From an uncultured Spirochaetota bacterium (GTDB lineage: Bacteria; Spirochaetota; Brevinematia; Brevinematales; JAOACQ01), in NCBI GenBank assembly GCA_963835575.1, contig CAWIGG010000002.1:1760001-1824000 (forward strand): a stretch of 64,000 nucleotides of DNA. The letters are read 5' to 3'. Position 1 is the stretch's first letter; the number at the start of each line of letters is the position of its first letter. Below the pieces are notes generated by a model that searched no databases, was not told the origin of the DNA, and worked only from the letters and a program-made list of their open reading frames with translations. Made by a program: the position numbers and the translations under genes. Positions 9,643 to 19,225 of this stretch are shown one piece after another.

Positions 9643-10935
9643 ATGATCTATGATAAAATTCATGAGTGCATGGCGCGGGAAGATCTGGAGCAGCTTCAGA
9701 TTGAAAGGCTCCAGGCGACATTAAACCGGGTCTATCAGAATGTCTCATTCTACAAAAATTCTTTCGATCAGAATAAGATCAATATTGAAAATATCAAATC
9801 CATAAAGGATTTGACCCGGCTTCCCTTTACCACCAGGGACGACCTCCGCCTGAGCTACCCCTATGATATGTTCGCTGTTCCGCTGCGGGACATCGTGAGG
9901 ATCCATTCCACATCCGGGACAACAGGAAAAGCTATTGTGGTCGGTTATACCAGTAATGACATCAGCATCTGGACTTCCCTCATCGCGCGGGTTTTGACCG
10001 CCGTCGAGATAACAGAGCATGATTTTGTCCAGATCGCCTTCAATTACAGCCTCGCGTCCGCCGGACTCGGGTTCCATTACGGCGCCGAAAAGATCGGCGC
10101 TTCCGTCATCCCTTCATCCAGCGAGAATATCCAGCGGCAGATAACGGTTATGAAGGATTATAAAACAACCGCCCTGATCAGTACTCCCGGCTATGCCCTG
10201 CATATCGGCAAAGTGCTGGAGGAGATGAACATTCATCCGGAAGAACTCAACCTCAAGACAGGCCTTTTTGGAGCGGAGCCCTGGAGCGAGAAACTCCGGA
10301 GCCAGATCGAAAAGAGCCTGCATATTAAAGCCTATGATAATTACGGCCTGACGGAACTGATCGGCCCGGGCATCTCATTTGAATGCCCCTATCGGAAAGG
10401 ACTTCATATCAATGAAGACCATTTTATCGCCGAAGTCATCGATCCGAAAACACTCAAGCGCCTGGATTTCGGACAGGAGGGCGAGCTGGTTTTCACAACA
10501 ATTACAAAACAGGGTTTTCCGCTCATCAGGTACAGGACAGGCGACATATCATCGCTATTAGAAGGCAAATGCGAATGCGGAAGGACGCTGGTAAGGATGA
10601 ACCGGCTGGCCGGAAGAACAGACGATATGATCATCATCGACGGCATCAATATTTTCCCGTCGCAGATTGAAGAGGCAATCCTGCAGATTGAAGGAGTGGA
10701 ACCTCATTATCTCATCATACTGGACAGGAAAGACGGCCTTGAAACAATGGAAATCCAGGTCGAGGCGTCCGCTTTCGATGAAATGAGGGAACTCGAGAAG
10801 CTGAAGACAAAACTTATCAACCATCTGGAGGCGACACTCGGCATCATGCCGAAAATAACCCTTGTCGAGCCTAAAACGATCAAGCGCTCGGAAGGAAAGA
10901 AGCTCAAGAGGATCATCGATAAGAGGGAGAAGTAG
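9643..10935 (+). CDS. paaK: phenylacetate--CoA ligase family protein
   Basis: YPYDMFAVP, RIHSTSGTTG, YGLTE, PLIRYRTGD, GRTDDM, NIFPSQIE. Confidence 0.9.
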   Translation: MIYDKIHECMAREDLEQLQIERLQATLNRVYQNVSFYKNSFDQNKINIENIKSIKDLTRLPFTTRDDLRLSYPYDMFAVPLRDIVRIHSTSGTTGKAIVVGYTSNDISIWTSLIARVLTAVEITEHDFVQIAFNYSLASAGLGFHYGAEKIGASVIPSSSENIQRQITVMKDYKTTALISTPGYALHIGKVLEEMNIHPEELNLKTGLFGAEPWSEKLRSQIEKSLHIKAYDNYGLTELIGPGISFECPYRKGLHINEDHFIAEVIDPKTLKRLDFGQEGELVFTTITKQGFPLIRYRTGDISSLLEGKCECGRTLVRMNRLAGRTDDMIIIDGINIFPSQIEEAILQIEGVEPHYLIILDRKDGLETMEIQVEASAFDEMRELEKLKTKLINHLEATLGIMPKITLVEPKTIKRSEGKKLKRIIDKREK

Positions 10936-10947
10936 GATAACGGGGAT

Positions 10948-11327
10948 GCCTCAGGCACAGAGGGATATTGTTTTAATTTGCCTTTATATATTTTGAACAT
11001 GGCTGGGATTGGTTCAACGCCCGGGTAATTTACCACGAAGACCACGAAGAGGACACTAAGAGCACGAAGATTTGTTGTTGCTTCATACTTCGTTTTTATC
11101 AACCACCCTTTATAGTTTAAAATTCCTTTTTTTTTTACCACAGAGATCACAGAGCTATTAATTGAATAAAAGCATTTGTGTGAGATTCTCTTTATTTGAG
11201 GGCCGCAGAGGGCACTGAGAGATGATGGGTTTAGTTTGCCTTTATATATTTTGAAGGATATCTTGGATTGTGTTAACACCTGTGGGTTAAACACGAAGAC
11301 CACGAAGAGGATACTAAGAACACGAAT
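10948..11327 (+). repeat. two ~120-bp degenerate direct repeats with 9-nt periodic CACGAAGA arrays
   Basis: TTTGCCTTTATATATTTTGAA...CACGAAGACCACGAAGAGGA(C/T)ACTAAGA(G/A)CACGAA occurs at ~10977-11070 and ~11235-11327. Confidence 0.8.
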
Positions 11328-11344
11328 CAAGAATGGGACATGGG

Positions 11345-11427
11345 ATAAGGTAGGGCGAGTGCTGAGTTCTGCAGGCCGTAGCGACTGAATGTAAGACAAG
11401 GAGCGGAGTGCAAACGCCGTGTTGGAC
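11345..11427 (-). mobile_element. truncated attC-like site of the TA cassette
   Basis: Minus strand GTCCAAC (RYYYAAC, 11427-11421) followed by ACGGCGTTTGCACTCCGCTCCT...TCGCCCT, homologous to the first arm of the 12062-12234 site. The second arm is absent. Confidence 0.7.
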
Positions 11428-11473
11428 GATACGCGCGGACCTCTAAATAAAAAAGCGCCACGGATAGCGCTAA

Positions 11474-11743
11474 TTAATAAATTTCATCATGTTTCCCAAT
11501 ATCGACTAGTATTGCTTTTTTATCATCATCAGTAAAATAAAATACTATTCTTAGATCATATTCTACTGTAAAACCCCATAAGTCTTTTAACTTTCCTTGA
11601 AGTTTATGAGTCTTTAATCTATTATCAAAAGGATTATCAATAAAAATTTCAATAATATCCCAAAATTCCTTTTCAATCTGCTTTCTACCAGATATTTGTT
11701 TTTTAAAGGCTCTTTTAAAAGATGAACTGAATGAAATTTCCAT
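11474..11743 (-). CDS. type II toxin, RelE/YafQ-family mRNA interferase
   Basis: SSSFKRAFKK, PFDNRLKTHKLQGKL, YDLRIVF, DIGKHDEIY. Confidence 0.9.
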   Translation of the reverse strand: MEISFSSSFKRAFKKQISGRKQIEKEFWDIIEIFIDNPFDNRLKTHKLQGKLKDLWGFTVEYDLRIVFYFTDDDKKAILVDIGKHDEIY

Positions 11744-11746
11744 AAA

Positions 11747-11956
11747 TTATCCAATTGATTTTTTTAAATCATTAATGTTTTTACTGAATTTTAAGTTTTG
11801 TTCTTTTTCTTCTTGCTTTGTTTTTAAATAATTTTTATAAATTTCCTCTCTTCTTTCTTCAATAATTGATTTTTCAATGATAAATTTAATTTCTTCTCTT
11901 TCATCTGTTGGTAAATCCCGAACAATTTCTACAACTTCTTCAAATGTTTTATTCAT
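11747..11956 (-). CDS. putative antitoxin
   Basis: Small acidic ORF ending 3 nt upstream of the toxin, with a GAGG RBS. Confidence 0.75.
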   Translation of the reverse strand: MNKTFEEVVEIVRDLPTDEREEIKFIIEKSIIEERREEIYKNYLKTKQEEKEQNLKFSKNINDLKKSIG

Positions 11957-11982
11957 AAAAGCCTCTTATTTAATATAGTATT

Positions 11983-12011
11983 ATTTTATATATGATAAAT
12001 AATAAAGTCAA
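11983..12011 (-). promoter_or_regulatory. sigma70-like promoter of the TA cassette
   Basis: TTGACT-17nt-TAAAAT on the minus strand. Confidence 0.6.
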
Positions 12012-12061
12012 TCGTTTTTCGCCACGGATGGTGAATGAAATAGTAAAATTCCGCGCGTTTC

Positions 12062-12234
12062 GCCCAATGTCAGGCGTTTGCGAAGCCGCTGAGAGCCGTA
12101 CCAGCTCCGCTGTAGGCGAAGCGGTTTGGTGAGCCCTGCGTTGCGCTTCTTCCGGCCTACTTACGGCAGGGCGAACCCGAGCACCGGAGCCGCCGTTAGC
12201 GGCGAGGAGCAGAGCGCTAAACGCCGGGTTGTAC
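12062..12234 (-). mobile_element. attC-like recombination site (173 bp)
   Basis: GC-rich island between AT-rich ORFs. Minus strand starts GTACAAC-CCGGCGTTT 12 nt after the stop of 12247..13140 and ends AAACGCC-TGAC-ATTGGGC (a GTTRRRY variant). Confidence 0.8.
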
Positions 12235-12246
12235 GCCGTGTCGTTT

Positions 12247-13140
12247 TCATTTAGGTATTAAAGCTATTAATGCAGGAATCTGTTGATATAAACCATTAGC
12301 AATCATACTAATAGTAACTTTTTCTAATATACTATAAATTACTTTTAGACTTTCTGAAATAAAGCTATTTTTTGGTCTTTTTGTTCCTGCTAAAGCTTTT
12401 ATTGTTTCAATTTCTTGTTTTAGTGAATCAATTTCTTCTTGCTTCAATTCTTTAATTTCATTAATTTTACTTTCGAGTTCATTTATAAATTCAATTATTG
12501 ATTTCAAATCATTGTTATTATAAGAATATGTTTGTGTCGATTGATTACTACCTTGTTGCAATTGTGAATAATTCATTGAACCTATAATATTGATAATAGT
12601 ACTTTTTGAAAAATGTTCTGTATCTTCATTAGGAAATTTATTAGCGTGTTCATATTCTTTTATTCCAGGATGAGTAATACTTACCATACCCCCAAGAGTT
12701 TCTCTCTTAACAAGACCTTCACTTTCAAGATATTGAAAAATTAATAGGCCAACATCTTCAGATATTTTTAAATCTTTTGATATATTTCTGAAATCAACAG
12801 AATAAATTTCATCAGCATTTGAAAGATTGTATAACCTTTCAAGAAACAAAAATCGTAATCTTTGATTTTCTTCAATTGTCATAGAACTAATTTCCCCCTT
12901 TAATTTTTTAGAAGGTTCTAATAAAAATAGTCCTTCTTCAGTAAATATAACACTCGATTTATTAACACTTATTATTCCATATTTTTCTAACGACTTTAAG
13001 GCAATTCCTAAATCTTCATTTCTCATTTTTACAGTATGTATTAAATTTGTTATCAAACATCCATTGCCAGTTTGTTCAGTATATTTTGATAATAATTTAA
13101 TTATGGCAGTTTCATTTTGTGTAAATTTGATAATATCCAT
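12247..13140 (-). CDS. cassette-borne hypothetical protein (two wHTH-like segments plus C-terminal coiled coil)
   Basis: ALKSLEKYGII and FQYLESEGLVK...ITHPG wHTH-like motifs, N/Q-rich linker, helical C-terminus; very AT-rich. Confidence 0.8.
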   Translation of the reverse strand: MDIIKFTQNETAIIKLLSKYTEQTGNGCLITNLIHTVKMRNEDLGIALKSLEKYGIISVNKSSVIFTEEGLFLLEPSKKLKGEISSMTIEENQRLRFLFLERLYNLSNADEIYSVDFRNISKDLKISEDVGLLIFQYLESEGLVKRETLGGMVSITHPGIKEYEHANKFPNEDTEHFSKSTIINIIGSMNYSQLQQGSNQSTQTYSYNNNDLKSIIEFINELESKINEIKELKQEEIDSLKQEIETIKALAGTKRPKNSFISESLKVIYSILEKVTISMIANGLYQQIPALIALIPK

Positions 13141-13165
13141 AAAATCCTTTTAATATCATAAAGCT

Positions 13166-13200
13166 GAAAACGGCATGGCGTCCAACTTATTATATATGAA
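13166..13200 (-). mobile_element. attI-like or solo GTTRRRY recombination core
   Basis: Minus strand TATATAATAA-GTTGGAC-GCCATGCCGTTTT (core 13186-13180). It is complementary to the cassette's own R'' end, and no attC hairpin lies upstream. Confidence 0.65.
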
Positions 13201-13321
13201 AAAAGGCATGCTTCCGCATGCCCCAAAGTTTTCCCTGAATCAATAAGCAGGCACTAAACAGCCCGGCTTTCTTCGCGAAATCCTGAGAACTTAATCCCCA
13301 TCCCTTAACACCAACCGGTTC

Positions 13322-13351
13322 AGTGTAGCACATTAACAGGGCGTTTGTCAA
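13322..13351 (-). promoter_or_regulatory. Pc-like cassette promoter
   Basis: TTGACA (13351-13346), 18 nt, then TACACT (13327-13322) with an extended -10 TG, pointing into the cassettes. Confidence 0.6.
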
Positions 13352-13545
13352 ATCAAAGAATCTCCGTGTTCTCCGCCCCCCGACGCCTGTCCCGAGCATA
13401 GCCGAGAGATGCCCCTTGTGTTAAAACCCCCGAAACGCACTATTAAAAGCCAGGCATTGATTAGTTTTAGAAGGCAACATAAAGTGTACTAAATCCTCAA
13501 AAATCCACCTAATCCGTGAAAATCTGTATGAAAAATCGGATATAA

Positions 13546-13581
13546 TAAAAAAGGGCAGTCTGACAGACTGCCCTTCTCTTT
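13546..13581 (-). terminator. intrinsic terminator of the GH12 gene
   Basis: AAGGGCAGTCTG/CAGACTGCCCTT stem with an A-tract on the left (U-tract on minus). Confidence 0.8.
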
Positions 13582-13600
13582 AAATTAGCTTATATCAAAC

Positions 13601-15337
13601 TTAGTTCGCTGTCATTGAAAAATTGTTGCAGGTAAATGTCAAAGGAACGCCGCCTGTTCCGCTGATTTCAAATCCGAATTGCATTGCGCCGCATGTGCCG
13701 CCGGCGCTGACCCAGCCCTGGGCCACAATCCAGTTAAGAACGGCTTTGATATCCACGGTGCCCTTGGTTATCTTCATCGGGGCCCAGGATCCGTCGGTCG
13801 AACTGACTGCAACAAGAGAAACCACGTTGTTGCCACCATGGTATACGTTCCAGGTGTATCCTCCGACATTGACGTTGGTCGCGCTCGGTATGGGATTTCC
13901 TGTGGAATCCCAACCGGCGGCTATGGGGCTGACATTACCGTTCTGATACATCCAGATCATGACTTCCGTCGGAACCCATAAATCGTAAGCGACTTCCCAA
14001 TTGCCGGTGGAAGGCACAGTGACATCAAAAGTGCTGGTAAAAGAACTGAGCGAGCTTATTGCCTTACCCACGTTGCTCAGGCCTGAGTTCGGATAGGACT
14101 TGACTCCGCTGGTGTCAGGCTGGGTGGAAACAACGTACCAGTTGCTGTAGGAGTAGGCTGTTAAAGTCTGGGAATTGGTGGCGCTTGTTCCCCAGACATC
14201 ATTATAGATAATGTATGCACCCAAAACGTATTTATCGTAGTTTCCGCTTCCGATAAAAGGCCCTTCGCCCATCGGGCCATTGGGAACGGTTCCGACTAAA
14301 AGCCAGGCCATGTATTGTCCGTTATTCAGTTCGGGATTAAGGTCATAAGCATAGCCCTGATCTTCATACATTTTTTGATTGTACTGGACCAGCATGCCGG
14401 GTGTGTTATAAACAATCTGGGAATTCCATATAGGATAATTAGTACCATAAACAGCAAGCGAACTGCCGGAACTGCTGCTGGCAGCTGTACTGGAAGCAAC
14501 GCTTGAACTGACAGCCACGCTGCTGGCGACCGAGCTCCTGCTGGAACTGGCGGCTATACTGCTGGCTACCGAGCTCCTGCTGGAACTGGCGGCTATACTG
14601 CTGGCTACCGAGCTCCTGCTGGAACTGGCGGCTATACTGCTGGCTACCGAACTTCTGCTGGAACTGGCGGCTATGCTGCTGGCGATCGAACTGATGCTGG
14701 AGACGGCTATCGATGAAACAACAGACGCAGCCGAACTGGTCGTGACGGTCCCGGGTTCAATACCCCAGGAAAGAGTCCCGCTGATGTAAAGAGTCACTTT
14801 GTTCCAATCAACATAAGTTGTTGAAGGATTATAGGAATAGTTCTTCGTATTGTCTATCGTCGACCAATCGCTCTTCCAGATCCTTCCCTGGATTTCCACC
14901 GATGCGCCCGCGGCCAGATTGCCCGCGCCGCTGGTGAATGAGATTTCCTGATACGCTTCTGCGCCCGCATTAGTTGGGCTCATGGCAGTGAAGACGTTCT
15001 GAACGTTGCCGTTTCCTACAGGGATATAATCGCATGCAAAGTTGTAGGAAGTACTACCCTGGTACGCTATATAATAGCGTATTTTTACGGTAGAAAGGGC
15101 TACCGCAGAGGTTCCCGTATTCACAATCGTAATTCTTTCATATATCTGGTTCTGTAGGGTCGCACCGCTCTGGAAGGTCTGAATTTTGACAGGCCCTGTA
15201 GCTTGTGCTTTAGAGACGCCGTTATCCGTGCTTTTCTGGCTATCAACAGCGGTCCGGTCCAGACTGCAGGCCACAAATACGAATAAAGAAACAATCAGAA
15301 ACAGAAAACAAAACCTCATACTTACTAAAATCTTCAT
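13601..15337 (-). CDS. lipoprotein endoglucanase: CBM3, Ser-rich linker, small CBM5/12-like module, GH12
   Basis: Lipobox FVAC; CBM3 motifs (VKIRYY, FACDY, SDWS, WNKVTLY, WGIEP); GH12 motifs (YNDVWG, VKSYPN, AYDLW, EVMIW, FGFEI). Confidence 0.85.
   Translation of the reverse strand: MKILVSMRFCFLFLIVSLFVFVACSLDRTAVDSQKSTDNGVSKAQATGPVKIQTFQSGATLQNQIYERITIVNTGTSAVALSTVKIRYYIAYQGSTSYNFACDYIPVGNGNVQNVFTAMSPTNAGAEAYQEISFTSGAGNLAAGASVEIQGRIWKSDWSTIDNTKNYSYNPSTTYVDWNKVTLYISGTLSWGIEPGTVTTSSAASVVSSIAVSSISSIASSIAASSSRSSVASSIAASSSRSSVASSIAASSSRSSVASSIAASSSRSSVASSVAVSSSVASSTAASSSSGSSLAVYGTNYPIWNSQIVYNTPGMLVQYNQKMYEDQGYAYDLNPELNNGQYMAWLLVGTVPNGPMGEGPFIGSGNYDKYVLGAYIIYNDVWGTSATNSQTLTAYSYSNWYVVSTQPDTSGVKSYPNSGLSNVGKAISSLSSFTSTFDVTVPSTGNWEVAYDLWVPTEVMIWMYQNGNVSPIAAGWDSTGNPIPSATNVNVGGYTWNVYHGGNNVVSLVAVSSTDGSWAPMKITKGTVDIKAVLNWIVAQGWVSAGGTCGAMQFGFEISGTGGVPLTFTCNNFSMTAN
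14521..14685 (-). repeat. 39-bp tandem repeat x4 encoding SSRSSVASSIAAS
   Basis: Unit TGCTGGC(G/T)ACCGAGCTCCTGCTGGAACTGGCGGCTATAC repeated nearly identically. Confidence 0.95.
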
Positions 15338-15556
15338 TTTTTCCTCCTTTTTATTATTAATATTTAGAAAATAACAGCCGTAAACCTTCTAACGGGTATT
15401 CCAAGACAGCCGGATAAAATCTATTAATTGTACAATGAAATCCAGGATTTGATATAGTACCCAAGGTATGGATTTATACGTACTTATAGTATGGTATTTT
15501 AACAGTAATTCTTATCAAACCGTATTTCTATTGTTTTCATATTTCGGCTGGTGTAG

Positions 15557-15775
15557 ATGAAGCGGGCGGACCTTAGAGCTTCGCTCCCTTCGACAAGCTT
15601 GGTTGGAGAGCTTTTCAAACCACGCCACAAGTTCGCGTGGATTCGCGGGTTACTCAGTTTTCCCCTGTTTGTGCTCTTCGAGCCCCTTCGCGTTGCTTCG
15701 TGCATCGCCCCAATTTCTGTGCCTTCTGTGCCTCCGTGACAAACCCTGTTTGTGTTCTTCGTGCTCTTCGAGGTA
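15557..15775. repeat. cluster of 9-nt periodic repeat arms and a CCTTCGACAAGCT motif
   Basis: TTTGTGCTCTTCGAG, TTTCTGTGCCTTCTGTGCCTCCGTG, TTTGTGTTCTTCGTGCTCTTCGAGG; reverse-complement relatives of the 11032-11070 array. Confidence 0.7.
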
Positions 15776-15785
15776 ATTCCCAGCC

Positions 15786-16634
15786 TTATTTATTATATTT
15801 ATTAAGCAGCGTGTCCGCTTTGATCCAGTCCGGCTGAAAATTGTTGGTTTCCAGATACTGGTAGTATTCGCTGACAAGCTGGTAATATTGTGAATCCTTA
15901 TTTTCCTTCAGAAAATTCTCATAACTTTTTTTTAAAAGGTCTTTTTTGATACCTTCCTCTCCGCCGGTAATATAAGTCATCACTTGGTCCTTGAGAATAT
16001 CTTTCGCTTCTTCCGTCACGGAACTGCCGGGATAATCTTTAAGATAATTCTCCCATTCAACTATTTTATTACGTACCGCTTCCCAGTCCGGCGGAGTGTC
16101 CGATTGTTCATAATCAGCGGTAATTTCCTCATTCTCCATTTCAAGATATTTTTCCATTGCCTGGCTAAGATAACCAAAAAAGTTTTTCCGGATATAATCA
16201 AAACTCATATAAAACCCGATCCCGTCCTCGCCCGCGCTGACAAAAATTCCTTTTTTTTCCAGAAACAGCAGATATTCCTTAGTTTTCTTTTTCATTCCCG
16301 TCTCTGGTTTTATATGATACATATCTTTGCCGGCATTATCCAGAATATCTTCATCAACTCCGTTTCCGCTGATCCTGCCTCCCTCGCTGTTCAAAGCGTC
16401 ATCAACCAATAGCTGCCATTCTTTAAAAGCCGTATCGGCGGACGCAAAATCAGTTTTAGCCGAGAATATTTCTTTGAATATTTTTACCGCTTCATTAATG
16501 GAGTCCAGATTGTCTTCATCCAGATCCCCGACAGCATCTTTGTATTGTAACAGAAGGGTTTCAGAATAGTTCTGCGCATATAAACCAAAGAGAATAATAA
16601 ATTCAATAATAAAAATTTTTATAAGGTCTTTCAT
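15786..16634 (-). CDS. secreted acidic hypothetical protein
   Basis: Signal-peptide-like N-terminus, 282-aa helical acidic ORF. Confidence 0.8.
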   Translation of the reverse strand: MKDLIKIFIIEFIILFGLYAQNYSETLLLQYKDAVGDLDEDNLDSINEAVKIFKEIFSAKTDFASADTAFKEWQLLVDDALNSEGGRISGNGVDEDILDNAGKDMYHIKPETGMKKKTKEYLLFLEKKGIFVSAGEDGIGFYMSFDYIRKNFFGYLSQAMEKYLEMENEEITADYEQSDTPPDWEAVRNKIVEWENYLKDYPGSSVTEEAKDILKDQVMTYITGGEEGIKKDLLKKSYENFLKENKDSQYYQLVSEYYQYLETNNFQPDWIKADTLLNKYNK

Positions 16635-16674
16635 AGAATCCAGCCATTATTTTAATTATTTAAAAAAATCAGTA

Positions 16675-19000
16675 TTATTTTTTCTTTCTTTGTTTTTCTT
16701 CATAGAGTTTTTTATCCGCTATTCCGATCAATTCATTAAAGCTGTATTTATCATCGCTTTTGACAGATATATAACCGATACTTATGGATACCGGATACGC
16801 TTTTTTTGAAAGCGCATTATAATCGTTCAAAACAGTCTGCATCTATTTCTTGAGCAGTTCGGCATCACCTTCGGCCGTATCGACGGCCAGCACGGTAAAT
16901 TCATCTCCTCCGATGCGCGCGATGATATCAACGGACCGGAAACTATTTTTAAGCAGCTGGGCGGCTTTTTTCAGCGCAAAATCGCCCTCCTTATGTCCGT
17001 ACGAATCATTGATTTTTTTCAAACCATCCATATCACAGTAAAAAAGCATCAAGTTTTTATGGTTTCTATTAGCATAGAAAAGCTGCTGTTCACCGAGCGT
17101 CAGGAAACCCCTTCTGTTGTAAAAACCGGTCAATTCATCCTTCAGGGAAAGGTCATGGAGAATCTCATTATATCTCTCCAATTTATCCCATAGCCTGGCT
17201 TAATTTCTTTTCAGCGCTTTTTCTTTCTTTTATTTCATCTTTCAGATACTGCGCCTGCTGAGATATTTTTTCAATCAGCAGGATCAGTCTGATGGTGGAG
17301 CTGAGCTCAAGGCAGATTTTATCATAAGTATCGATATTCTTCAGATATTCATTCAAGTCCAGAATAATAAAACCCTGGCGTTCGTTTCTTTGATAGAGTG
17401 ATTGGACAACAAAGAAAAACCGTGAATTTTGCGGATAGAATTTATCGGGAATGAGATCGCAGGTTTTAAAAATGACCGCTTCTTCATTTAAATCCGCTCT
17501 GCCCTTTTCATTAAAACCGAGAATAAGGCGGGAAATATCCAGAGGTTTTTCCGGATTTTGATAGAGTGAAAGATGGCATGTATTTACTCCCAATTCTGTT
17601 AAAACATCATAAATTCTTATGACCAGATCATCAAGACCGTCCACATCCGTCAGTCTCCCGCTCATGGCTGTCAGTTTGCTGAATTGAAGGGCGGCGTTCA
17701 TTTCACGCCGGACTGTCTCTTTATGAATTCTTTCCTCGACAATAATCCTCATCTGGTGAAAGATATCCTCCAGAAAAAGACTGTTTTGCGGATCCATGCG
17801 GCAGCATAATGCGTTTCTTCTCAAGCATGATACAAATTTATAAAGAAGGGAAATGTCCAGATTTTTCGAAACCGCCCATAAAATCATTTTATTCCAGTAA
17901 TACAGGTATTTTTCCAGATTATGCCGCTTATACGATTCCACAAGAGCCGCGCAGAGCAGCTTGATCCAGTTTAACATTTCGGATTTAATACCGGAATATT
18001 TCTTCGCAGACAGGCAGTATTCCATGTCTTCAAGGATTCTGCCCCGGTTTTGAGTAAACATTTCCTCAAAAGATAACGGCTGAATCTCTTTTCCCCAGAC
18101 TGAAGCCTCGAGAACCCCCGGCAGCTGGCATCCGCATGATTCCCTGATGACAATTTCCGTCGGCAGATAAACATCTTTCGGGGGACTTTTATCAGTCAGA
18201 ACATCCAGAAGAATTTCCACGGCTTTTCTGCCCTGTTCATAAATGGGCTGACGGACTGTTGTCAATGAAGACAGCCGGCTGTTTTCTATATCATCAAAAC
18301 CGACAACAAAAGTGTCCCGGGGAACCTGTATGCCGCGCCTGGATAATTCCTCGATGGCGCCCATTGCCATATCATCATTGGACGCGACAATGCAGTCAAA
18401 CTCGACTTTCCGGTTATCCAGGAGCTCCTTAATGGCATTCCTTCCGGATAGACTCATAAAATTCCCTTCAATAATCAGCTTTTTATCCAGCGGAATATTC
18501 CGGGATTTCAAGAATTTATAATAAGTGTTCAGTCTGCAATTTGACGCGGCATTTTCTTTCGGGCCTGTAATAAAAGCGATCTTTTTATAATGATGGTTTG
18601 TTACAAGATGATCCAGAAGATCGGTTAATCCTTTTTCGCCACTTATCAAAATGCTGTAATAATCATCAAATTGAGCCGAGACGCTGACTATCTTCAGGCT
18701 TTCATACCGTTTGAGAAAAAGAGCGAATCCTTTATTGCCGATAAAACTCTGAAGAGAATCGGATAAGACGATCAGGCCGTCAATCCTGTTCTTGAATATA
18801 AAATCAAAGAGCAAATTTTTCTTTTCTTCCCACGGGTCCGGCGAATTGAGGCGGCCCGTGATAAAACAGACAAGATTTATCTGAGAGCTTTCGGCAAAAT
18901 CCATGATGCCGGCCAGAACGTTTTGATGATAACCGGAATAAGCCCAGTCGATCAAAATACCAAAAGTAAACTGAGTTTTGATTTCTTTTAAATTTTTCAT
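16675..19000 (-). pseudogene. LacI-type sugar-sensing domain fused to a GGDEF diguanylate cyclase, with two lesions
   Basis: Removing one G at 17187-17189 joins LSQAM-DKLERYNEILHD. An in-frame TAG at 16843-16845 is followed by the rest of the GGDEF domain (SISIG...ADKKLYEEK) to TAA at 16675. Confidence 0.85.
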
Positions 19001-19225
19001 ACCGTCTGCAACTTAATATTTTATTAACAATATTTTGACTTCCTGCGCTAAAAATGGCAATAAAAGAGAGTTGTTTTTTAATTTTGAATAAAATCATTTC
19101 AAAAACGATTTTATAAATTGTCTTTTTTTTAAGGAATAATTACTGTTTTTCTTTTATTATTGTTTTTTTTTCCTGGCAGTATTATAATTCACAGGGTATT
19201 ATGGTTATTGTATTTCAATCAAACA

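Noticed and set aside
10948..11327. CRISPR array
   Set aside because: Only two long degenerate repeats plus short periodic units; no constant repeat-spacer pattern and no cas genes.
10707..11399. 230-aa minus-strand ORF
   Set aside because: It is antisense to paaK and runs through periodic repeats and the attC-like site; a shadow ORF.
13190..13399. 69-aa ORF as an integrase remnant
   Set aside because: No tyrosine-recombinase motifs; it overlaps the promoter/attI-like region.
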